From the NCBI GenBank assembly GCA_035620375.1, contig DASPGX010000015.1, forward strand, positions 1 through 58,941: a stretch of 58,941 bases of DNA, read 5' to 3'. The first letter of the stretch is position 1; every line of letters begins with the position of its first letter. The position numbers and the translations under genes were made by a program. Of this stretch, positions 26,774 to 33,816 are shown piece after piece. Below the pieces are notes generated by a model. That model ran no database searches. It was not told the DNA's origin and was given only the letters and a program-made list of their open reading frames with translations. The DNA comes from Minisyncoccota bacterium. Its GTDB lineage: Bacteria; Patescibacteriota; Minisyncoccia; 2-02-FULL-40-12; GWA2-44-9.

Positions 26774-27562
26774 CTACTCGGGTACGAAGGGACCCGCAGG
26801 GCAGGAGTCCTGTCCGCGGCGCGGCCACTGCACGACGCCGCGCAGATGGTCGTAGACGAACCAGCTTTCCCACTCGTAGCAGGCAAGCGGTTGGGCGGTG
26901 ATGTCGGCAGGAACGGACGCGGTCTGCGGGACATCGGATGCGCGGTACATGCACATGCGGAACCGCTGAGACGAGTTCTGCGCGCCGGCCTCGGTGGAGA
27001 ATCCCCCGCTCGGGTAGTCCGTGACGTATGCAACGGGAACCTGCGGCAGACCTTCCGGCAGAGAGCGTTCGGTGTCGCGGTCGTACGAGCCAGGAACCGT
27101 GTTCACTTTCACGCCCGCGAAGTTCCCGCCGCCCGGGCGCGAGCCGTACACGGGATTGTCGTCATACGAATCAACGGCCCATTCGGGAAAGTTGTGAACC
27201 TTCTCTCCGCCGTACGAATGATTGTAGACCGGAACGACCAGGCCGTCGGCCACGAAACTGGAATACACGCACCCGCGGATGAACTGCACAAAAACGTAAT
27301 CCGTCAGGGCACCTGGCGTGGTTGTTTCGTACTCGGCGACCAGCCGCTTGCCGTAGTACGGCAGATCACCGTCAGTATGGACGACGTAGTCTTCGGCGAG
27401 GAAGCTGACACGGACGAGCGAACACGAATCCGTCCCCGCGCAGTCCGTGTTCAGGAATTCGTACCGCGCGCGGCTCATCGCGCGGTCGCGGGGATTTTCG
27501 GCTCCCCGGACGTTTTCCCAAACCCCCAGAAGCATGCCAAGCATCAGCAGTACGCGCTTCAT
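26774..27562 (-). CDS. Hypothetical secreted Cys-containing protein (262 aa)
   Basis: Signal peptide MKRVLLMLGMLLGV. Terminator hairpin downstream. No family recognised. Confidence 0.6.
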   Translation of the reverse strand: MKRVLLMLGMLLGVWENVRGAENPRDRAMSRARYEFLNTDCAGTDSCSLVRVSFLAEDYVVHTDGDLPYYGKRLVAEYETTTPGALTDYVFVQFIRGCVYSSFVADGLVVPVYNHSYGGEKVHNFPEWAVDSYDDNPVYGSRPGGGNFAGVKVNTVPGSYDRDTERSLPEGLPQVPVAYVTDYPSGGFSTEAGAQNSSQRFRMCMYRASDVPQTASVPADITAQPLACYEWESWFVYDHLRGVVQWPRRGQDSCPAGPFVPE

Positions 27563-27665
27563 ATCCCCTCCTTGGGAATGAGCTCAATGAGTGAATGGTA
27601 CACGGCGCGTCACAAATGAAAAGAACGGTCCGCCGCAACGGACCGTTCTGTACCGAAATGACTGA

Positions 27666-28058
27666 TCAGGAAGCGCCGAACCGGAACCTGCGGAACCTGC
27701 CGAGGATGGTCAGCAGGGACTGCCGCTCACGGAGGGTCACGATCACCGAGAACGCGATGAGCACGATTCCGGCGCCCAGGAATACTCTGGCGAGCGTCAG
27801 CAGGACAGGAGGCCCGCCGAGGTCGGCGACCATCCAGCAGCAGTTCATCGCCAGCCACGAATTCATCGCGGCCGTGATGGCCAGTGCGGCCGGACTGCGC
27901 TCCGTATAGCGGAAGGCCCAGAGATTCGGGACCACCGTCGGTGCGATGAGCAGACGCGCCGCACCGGACCACTCCAGCATCCAGCAGGCGTCCATCAGGA
28001 ACCACAGTACGGAACCGACGGTCTCCCAGAACGCCAGCTTACGGGACTGCTCGTCCAC
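27666..28058 (-). CDS. Hypothetical 4-TM membrane protein (130 aa)
   Basis: Trp-rich hydrophobic segments. Terminator hairpin AGAACGGUCCG...CGGACCGUUCU downstream. Confidence 0.55.
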   Translation of the reverse strand: MDEQSRKLAFWETVGSVLWFLMDACWMLEWSGAARLLIAPTVVPNLWAFRYTERSPAALAITAAMNSWLAMNCCWMVADLGGPPVLLTLARVFLGAGIVLIAFSVIVTLRERQSLLTILGRFRRFRFGAS

Positions 28059-28061
28059 GGG

Positions 28062-28343
28062 CTACCGCACCGGCTCGTGCACGATACAGTAGCCGTCGAA
28101 GTACATGTCGGTCAGGAACATCCGCAGCTGCGGAGTGACCGCGACGACGCGACGGTCGGGGTGCGTCGCAAGGAAGTGCTCCAGGAACCGCTCCGCGCGG
28201 CCCTCGTCAGCGCAATACACCTCCTGTCCGCCGTTGCGGCTGGACGCCGATGCGAAGGCGCGGTCCGCGGCGATGGTTCCGCCGACGAGGGCGACACAGA
28301 CCAGCAGCGGATAGACGACACGACACAAGAACTCTTTCCACAT
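28062..28343 (-). CDS. Hypothetical small secreted/anchored protein (93 aa)
   Basis: N-terminal hydrophobic segment. 3-nt gap to the downstream gene. Confidence 0.5.
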   Translation of the reverse strand: MWKEFLCRVVYPLLVCVALVGGTIAADRAFASASSRNGGQEVYCADEGRAERFLEHFLATHPDRRVVAVTPQLRMFLTDMYFDGYCIVHEPVR

Positions 28344-28352
28344 ATCGGCCTC

Positions 28353-28715
28353 CTACGCCGGAACGAAGTGATGCTCGATGTTCCATTTGAAATGCGTCTC
28401 GCGCCGGGTTTCACGCTCGTGGTTTGCGGGAAGATCCCCGGTCCTCATCCAGCGGAAGAAGTCGGCCCCGACCACGTGCTCCATGTCCATGACGTATCGG
28501 TCGTCGCCGTTTCCTGCCTTGAGGAATCCGACGATGACTCCGCGGGCATCCACCCCGAAGCCGGCGATGTTGCGAGCGCGGATGCGGACGCGCTGGCCGG
28601 CGCGGTATTTGTATACGCCGCTGGACTTGTACCAGCGGTCCAGGCGGGTATCTCCGGGACCGAACCAGTTGGACGGGTTCGCGCGCGCGAGCCATCCGAG
28701 AAGCTGTCTGAGCAT
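28353..28715 (-). CDS. Hypothetical protein (120 aa)
   Basis: First gene of a tight four-gene minus-strand cluster. No motif recognised. Confidence 0.5.
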   Translation of the reverse strand: MLRQLLGWLARANPSNWFGPGDTRLDRWYKSSGVYKYRAGQRVRIRARNIAGFGVDARGVIVGFLKAGNGDDRYVMDMEHVVGADFFRWMRTGDLPANHERETRRETHFKWNIEHHFVPA

Positions 28716-28776
28716 GCGACCTCCTAAGGTGTCAGTTTGCCGGCACTATTATACCCACAACTACCGATGACGTCAA

Positions 28777-28887
28777 TCAGAGCCGGTGCGCAGCCCACCG
28801 GACGACGATGAACCAGAAACCGAACGCGGACCCGAAAATGAAGGTCCAGAAACCGATGAATTTCTTTTCGTCCGGAGTGAAGGACAT
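28777..28887 (-). CDS. Possible 36-aa hydrophobic micro-protein (below ORF-track cutoff)
   Basis: Hand translation MSFTPDEKKFIGFWTFIFGSAFGFWFIVVRWAAHRL. Mostly G/C-ending codons, as in neighbouring genes. No SD. Confidence 0.25.
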   Translation of the reverse strand: MSFTPDEKKFIGFWTFIFGSAFGFWFIVVRWAAHRL

Positions 28888-28900
28888 AGAAATATATTTG

Positions 28901-29040
28901 GGGGGCCTAACGGGTTTCCTGCTCCCCCGGACCTCTCACGGCGCCTCCTGCGCATGTTCCGGTCCTCCTCCGCAGCCCGGGTTCCTGCGGACATGACGAA
29001 GGTCATGTCCTCGGATACCCATCGAAACCCTACGGCCCAA
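28901..29040 (-). other. tRNA-like structured insert ending in a duplicate of the tRNA-His 3' end
   Basis: The 3' end GAAACCCGUUAGGCCCCC duplicates 29084-29101. The 5' end GGGCCGUAGGGUUUC pairs back onto it (GGGUUUC/GAAACCC, GGGCC/GGCCC). Internal 9-bp hairpin GGACAUGAC-CUUC-GUCAUGUCC. Confidence 0.35.
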
Positions 29041-29084
29041 ACAGCAGACATCTGCCCACCATTTCGGCGGGCACATGTCTGCTG

Positions 29085-29156
29085 GGGGCCTAACGGGTTT
29101 CGATCCCGTGACCGCACTTCCACAGAGTGCTGTGATCCCATTTCACCATAGGCCCC
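29085..29156 (-). tRNA. tRNA-His (anticodon GTG) with encoded G-1
   Basis: Hand fold: G-1 pairs with C73, acceptor GGGCCUA/UAGGCCC, U8, A14, G18G19, A21, anticodon loop CU-GUG-GA, T stem ACGGG/CCCGU. Confidence 0.85.
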
Positions 29157-29292
29157 ATATGCCAAGGGATGCCGGATGATTATACCACCGCGAATGACGG
29201 GGAGCAAGCGCCCGAAATTGACAAGCGCCGTTCCGGACGTATAGTTATCCGGCACCGTTCACAACGTTGGCGCAATCGAGAAAGGACCCGAC

Positions 29293-29739
29293 ATGGATTG
29301 GATTGCCAAGTTCCTCCGGGAAGTTCCGGACGACTTCACCCTGGAACTCACCGACCCCGACCCCGACGACCGCATCCTCGGCGAGGCGACTCCTGCGCTG
29401 AAAGCGGCATTCTCGGCCGGCGCATGGCACGGTCTGGAGCTGGACCGCCTGCTTCAGGAACACCGGCAACTGCATCAGGACCCGTCGTATGACGGCAGCA
29501 GGTGCGACCAGGTCCATCAGGACCTCCAGAGAAGGAGGATGCTCCTGGAGACGTTCCGCGACGCGACTGTCCTGGAGGTCTTCAACACGTTCGGCGTTTC
29601 CAACGATTACGGCGGAGTCGGCATCACGACCGCGGGCATCGCGATGTCTCCTCCCGAACCGGAGGGCATCGTGGTGATGGTGGGCGGACCCTCCGCCGGC
29701 GGGGACGATGGCGGAATTCCCCAGGTCGGCGGCGACTGA
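29293..29739 (+). CDS. Hypothetical acidic protein (148 aa)
   Basis: ORF followed by terminator GCCGGAAGC-AACC-GCUUCCGGC plus U-rich tail. No motif recognised. Confidence 0.5.
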   Translation: MDWIAKFLREVPDDFTLELTDPDPDDRILGEATPALKAAFSAGAWHGLELDRLLQEHRQLHQDPSYDGSRCDQVHQDLQRRRMLLETFRDATVLEVFNTFGVSNDYGGVGITTAGIAMSPPEPEGIVVMVGGPSAGGDDGGIPQVGGD

Positions 29740-29822
29740 CATCATGCGCCGGAAGCAACCGCTTCCGGCGTTTCACTCTATATAACGCGAAACCCGCAGG
29801 GCGGTGCCCTGCGGGCCGTAGT

Positions 29823-30371
29823 TCATCGGAGGGTGTACATCACGCCGACAACGGCCGTGTGCATGTTCAGTCCGCGGTTGGGCGGAGACGTGCCGTTGTT
29901 ACTCAAGTGCGTCAGGCGGTAACCCAGAAGAAGGTCCACGTTTCCCCGCGTCCACCGCGCGCCGCCGCCCAGGAGCAGGTAATACTGCATCCAGCCGTTC
30001 AGCTCGCGGACCTTGAGTCCCGAGGACGTCACACCCGCGCCGATTTCGGTGTAGTAGCCGAAGGGACGCGTCGGCGCCAGATGCAGGCGGAAGGTCGCCA
30101 GACCGCCGTGCACGTACCGGCTGCTCGGCGTGAACGACTGGCCGCCCATGATGCTCATGACCACCTGGAATCTCGGGCGGTTATCCGCCATCGCCAGACC
30201 GGCGCCGAACGCGGCTTCCGCGGTGCCAAGCACGACGCCCGACGGATCGCCGGAGCCGAACATCTCCTGCTGGACCCCTACGCCGAGCATGCCGCCGACC
30301 TGCAGCCGGTCATTCGCCGAAGCGGGAACGGCTGCCGCCGTGCCCAGAAGCACGGCCACCAGAAACCGCAT
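29823..30371 (-). CDS. Acyloxyacyl hydrolase / PagL-like outer-membrane beta-barrel protein
   Basis: Signal peptide, alternating beta-strand pattern, C-terminal RLTHLSNNG...PNRGLN...VGVMYTLR. This resembles the H-x-S-N-G catalytic motif and terminal aromatic strand of the PagL family. Confidence 0.6.
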   Translation of the reverse strand: MRFLVAVLLGTAAAVPASANDRLQVGGMLGVGVQQEMFGSGDPSGVVLGTAEAAFGAGLAMADNRPRFQVVMSIMGGQSFTPSSRYVHGGLATFRLHLAPTRPFGYYTEIGAGVTSSGLKVRELNGWMQYYLLLGGGARWTRGNVDLLLGYRLTHLSNNGTSPPNRGLNMHTAVVGVMYTLR

Positions 30372-30429
30372 GCATCCTCCTTATGCCCATTGTGATGCGA
30401 ACTGGGGTTCATTATACAATGAACCCCAG

Positions 30430-31557
30430 TCAACGTCCAGTTCCGATGTCCGCGCCTACCGCCTCGGCAACCGACGAAAAGCCGTCCCTGCGGAGCAGGC
30501 GGGCGAGACCGTAGTTCAGCTCCCCGACGAGCTGGGGACCGCGGTACACCATTCCGGTAATGAGCTGAACGAGCGACGCCCCCATACGGATGCGCCGGTA
30601 CACGTCCTCAGCAGAAAAGATGCCGCCGACCGATACGAGCACATACCGCCCGCGGGATTTGGACGCACAGTATTCGAGCTGCCGCTCCGCAAGTCCGCGG
30701 ACGGCATTGCCGCTGATGCCGCCCCTGCCCGGCAATCCGTCCGGCAGTCCCATGCGGACATGGTCCTTGGTCAGGTTTGAGCACACGATGCCGCTCACGC
30801 GGTGGCCGTCCAGCACGCCCAGCACGTCGTCCAGCTGGGCCTCCGTGAGGTCCGGAGACAGCTTGACGAACACCGGCTGGCGGAGGCTCCGCCGGTCCAC
30901 GGCCGCAAGCAGGGTGTCCAGGAGCGCAGGCTCGGTGAACGGTTGTCCGCCGAACGCGTTCGGACAACTGATGTTGATGGTGAAATAGTCCGCAATATCC
31001 CTGAACTCATCCAGCACGATGCCGTAATCATGGACGGCCGCCGTCGTGTCGCAGGTCTCCCGGCAATTGGTCTTCGCCGCGCTGACGCCCATGACGCAGC
31101 CGAACGTCCTGCCGCGGAGACGGACGGCGACGGCACGCGCACCCTCGTTTTTCAGGCCGTAATGCACGCGCAGAGCCCGCAGATGGGGAATGCGCCAGAG
31201 GCGAGGACGCGGATTGCCTGCGCACGGCTGGCCCGTGATACTGCCGAGTTCCGCGTGCCCGAACCCCACGTGCGGGAGAATCTCCGTAAGCCGGGCGTTC
31301 TTATCGAAGCCCGCGGCAAGCCCGACCGGGTTGTCGAACGTCAGGCCGCACAGTTCCTGCCGGAGAATGGGGTCTCCGTAATGAAACAGTGCCCGCACCA
31401 CGGCACGGCCCGTGCCGTGTCGGCCGAGCGCGGCACCCGCCGCCGTGGTGCGGTCATGGACGAACTCGGGGTCCAGCCGAAAAAAGACCGGCTTTGCGGC
31501 CAGTCGGTATGCGACGCCCAGGAGCATTGATTTCAGCGGATGGATTGTCATGCGCAC
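30430..31557 (-). CDS. pyrD: Dihydroorotate dehydrogenase (quinone), class 2
   Basis: GLAAGFDKNA, INISCPN, GGISG, VGGI motifs. N-terminal membrane-association helix. Confidence 0.9.
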   Translation of the reverse strand: MRMTIHPLKSMLLGVAYRLAAKPVFFRLDPEFVHDRTTAAGAALGRHGTGRAVVRALFHYGDPILRQELCGLTFDNPVGLAAGFDKNARLTEILPHVGFGHAELGSITGQPCAGNPRPRLWRIPHLRALRVHYGLKNEGARAVAVRLRGRTFGCVMGVSAAKTNCRETCDTTAAVHDYGIVLDEFRDIADYFTINISCPNAFGGQPFTEPALLDTLLAAVDRRSLRQPVFVKLSPDLTEAQLDDVLGVLDGHRVSGIVCSNLTKDHVRMGLPDGLPGRGGISGNAVRGLAERQLEYCASKSRGRYVLVSVGGIFSAEDVYRRIRMGASLVQLITGMVYRGPQLVGELNYGLARLLRRDGFSSVAEAVGADIGTGR

Positions 31558-31566
31558 GCAAGCATA

Positions 31567-32484
31567 TCACAACCACCGGTTCCGAAAGAAGAAGATAACG
31601 ATGACCAGCGTGAACAGGGTCGTTCCGCCCGCGATGATTTCCCAAGCGTAGGCATGCATGTCGATGGGGAGCGCGACGTTCATGCCGTAAAAACTGAAGA
31701 CCGTCATCGGAAACGTCAGTACGACCGTCGCCGCGGTAAGCAGTTTTACGACGCGGTTCAGGTTATTATTGACGATTGCCGAATACGCCTGCCGGTAATT
31801 CACCGTCGTCTTGAGCAGCGAACCGGCCGATTTGTTCACCTGTACGCCCTGCAGACGGACGTCCTCGTACAGATCCTTGTCCGCCGGATACGTCTGTATC
31901 ACCTTGCCGGAGGTCAGCTCGCTGAACTCGGTCTGCAGCGGCACCAGGGCAGCCATGAAATCGTTCAGGATACCCTCGAAGGTCAACAGGCGGAGGATGT
32001 CCTTGTTCTCCACGCGGCCCGATTCGGTGAGCGTACCGCGGACAAGCCGGCCGATTTCGGTCAGCGAAAGGCCGAACGCCCCATACACCTCGCCGATGAA
32101 CCGCAGGAGCATCTGCGACCGGAACTGCGTCGTAAACTTGTTCTGGCCCGAAAGATATTTTTCCATGAACGCGGGGCGCTGCTGCCACAGCGTCAGAATA
32201 AATGTCGGACCGAGCGCGATGAGCGCGGGAACCGTTACCGTCTTGTCGCCCTGTCCCTGGGGCACACGTACAAACACGTACACGATCCCGTGCTCTTCTT
32301 GAACGCGGGGAACCTCGTTGGGGTCAACCGCGTCCTGAAGCAGGTCACGCTCAATGCCGAGTTCACGGGACAGGCGGTCCAGTTCATCGCTCTCGGGACT
32401 TTCGCTGAGCACCCACACGTCCGGACCGAGCTCCGGCACGGACTGCAGCGGCTGCCCTTCCGCCTTCCGGAAAATCGCAATCAT
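31567..32484 (-). CDS. corA: CorA-family magnesium transporter
   Basis: FYGMNV (GMN motif) followed by two C-terminal TM helices. Start set at MIAIFRK to avoid overlap with the tRNA. Confidence 0.85.
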   Translation of the reverse strand: MIAIFRKAEGQPLQSVPELGPDVWVLSESPESDELDRLSRELGIERDLLQDAVDPNEVPRVQEEHGIVYVFVRVPQGQGDKTVTVPALIALGPTFILTLWQQRPAFMEKYLSGQNKFTTQFRSQMLLRFIGEVYGAFGLSLTEIGRLVRGTLTESGRVENKDILRLLTFEGILNDFMAALVPLQTEFSELTSGKVIQTYPADKDLYEDVRLQGVQVNKSAGSLLKTTVNYRQAYSAIVNNNLNRVVKLLTAATVVLTFPMTVFSFYGMNVALPIDMHAYAWEIIAGGTTLFTLVIVIFFFRNRWL

Positions 32485-32524
32485 ACCGCCATCATACCAC
32501 CCGCGCCCCCGCATTCGGCTGTGC

Positions 32525-32571
32525 ACAAACACCGCAAAGCCGCCGTACGGTCGGCGGCTTTGCGGTGTTTG
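32525..32571 (-). terminator. Long perfect hairpin immediately 3' of tRNA-Arg
   Basis: ACAAACACCGCAAAGCCGCCG-loop-CGGCGGCUUUGCGGUGUUUGU (21-bp arms). Confidence 0.5.
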
Positions 32572-32643
32572 TGGCCCCACCAGGAATCGAACCTGGATAA
32601 CCGGCTTAGAAGTCCGGTGTTCTATCCGTTGAACTATGGGGCC
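32572..32643 (-). tRNA. tRNA-Arg (anticodon TCT)
   Basis: Acceptor GGCCCCA/UGGGGCC, anticodon loop CU-UCU-AA, T arm CCAGG-UUCGAUU-CCUGG. Confidence 0.85.
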
Positions 32644-32740
32644 GGACGCATTTTACCACCATTTCGGGCCCTTGCCAACTATACTATACTATTGTATAAT
32701 ATACGCGGAGTTCCCTGTCATCATATAAGGAGGAACAGAC

Positions 32741-33535
32741 GTGAACAAAACCGAGATCTTCGCCCACCGGGGCCAGGGTCACGGCTCCACGAACGGCCTG
32801 GACCCCACCGGCGGCGCGTACGTAGGGTACGCCGAGAATTCCATCCCGGCGCTTCTGACCGCCGCGCTTCAGGGGTTCCATTTGGAGTGGGACGTTCTTG
32901 CGAGCGGCGACAGACCCGACCCGGCGGCCATCGTGGCGCACGGCGACGCGAACGACGAGGGAATCCTGGACAATGAGGACCTCGCCCTCGTCGCCGGAGA
33001 TACGCCGCTCCGGGACCTTCAGCGTTTCGGCCTGGTCGCCCATTCCCCGGGTCAGACACATCTGCCGCCGCTTCTGGACTGGGTCCTGGACGCGTTGGTG
33101 GGCAAGGATGTCCGCCTTAACATCGAGCTCAAGGGCGCCGGCTCCGCGTTCGCGGTCACCCGGTGTCTGCAGAGACGCGGCACCGCCGGCGCCGGATGGG
33201 ACCCGCGCATCATCTTCTCCTCGTTCAAGCCGAACGAGTTGGAGGCGGCGCGCAAGGCGTTCCCCGAGGCCGACCTGGCGCTGTTGCTGTGGTCCGGCGC
33301 CCCGCTCGTCACCGGCGCCCGCATGGAGCAGTTCATCGCGCGCAACCGCGTGACCGCGCTCCACGTGGACATCCCCCTCGCCCACGAAGGCATGCTGGAG
33401 TGGGCGGCGACGCTGGGCTGTGCGGTAAGGGTCTACACGGTGAACGACCCCATCATGGCCATCGGTCTTGTGCACCGCGGCGTCACCGGTCTGTTCACCG
33501 ACTTTCCCCAGGTCATCGCTTCCGCATTGCAGTGA
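32741..33535 (+). CDS. Glycerophosphodiester phosphodiesterase family protein
   Basis: SD AAGGAGGA, GTG start, FAHRG...ENS...LEWDV GDPD motifs. Confidence 0.85.
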   Translation: MNKTEIFAHRGQGHGSTNGLDPTGGAYVGYAENSIPALLTAALQGFHLEWDVLASGDRPDPAAIVAHGDANDEGILDNEDLALVAGDTPLRDLQRFGLVAHSPGQTHLPPLLDWVLDALVGKDVRLNIELKGAGSAFAVTRCLQRRGTAGAGWDPRIIFSSFKPNELEAARKAFPEADLALLLWSGAPLVTGARMEQFIARNRVTALHVDIPLAHEGMLEWAATLGCAVRVYTVNDPIMAIGLVHRGVTGLFTDFPQVIASALQ

Positions 33536-33625
33536 CCGAAGCGGGTCCGTCCTCTGCCCACCGGGCGGACGGCGGACCCGCTTCTTGTTTTCCATGCACC
33601 TGTAATTTCGTATCATGTACGCACG

Positions 33626-33696
33626 CGGGCCGTCGTATACCGGTAGTACGCCTGCTTTGGGAGCAGGTAGAACTGGTTCGATTCCAGTCGGCCCGA
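33626..33696 (+). tRNA. tRNA-Pro (anticodon TGG)
   Basis: Acceptor CGGGCCG/CGGCCCG, anticodon stem-loop CCUGC-UU-UGG-GA-GCAGG, T arm ACUGG-UUCGAUU-CCAGU. Confidence 0.85.
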
Positions 33697-33704
33697 CAAC
33701 CGCC

Positions 33705-33742
33705 AAAACGGCCCCTGAGCGCATCCGCTCCGGGGCCGTTTT
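33705..33742 (+). terminator. Intrinsic terminator after tRNA-Pro
   Basis: AAAACGGCCCC-loop-GGGGCCGUUUU. Confidence 0.6.
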
Positions 33743-33816
33743 GGACATTGCCGGAAAGCCTGTTTTATTGTATAGTAGTCCCTATCGCTCGTTAACCGAA
33801 CCAAGGAGACGACTCT

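Noticed and set aside
28901-29040. tmRNA: the insert begins GGGCCGUAGGGUUUCGAUGGG, which resembles the tmRNA 5' consensus (GGGG.UGA..GG.UUCGAC.GG), and it ends in an acceptor-like strand.
   Set aside because: It is only ~140 nt, whereas tmRNAs are typically >250 nt. There is no proper T arm (GGUUCGA-type loop). No frame yields a tag peptide ending in the usual hydrophobic/Ala residues before a stop. The 3' end is simply a copy of tRNA-His. ARAGORN or Infernal should still be run.
28700-29300. An integrated prophage or genomic island at tRNA-His or tRNA-Gly.
   Set aside because: The duplicated tRNA 3' ends are only 115-165 nt apart. No integrase, excisionase or phage gene is adjacent. At most this is a scar or a miniature element.
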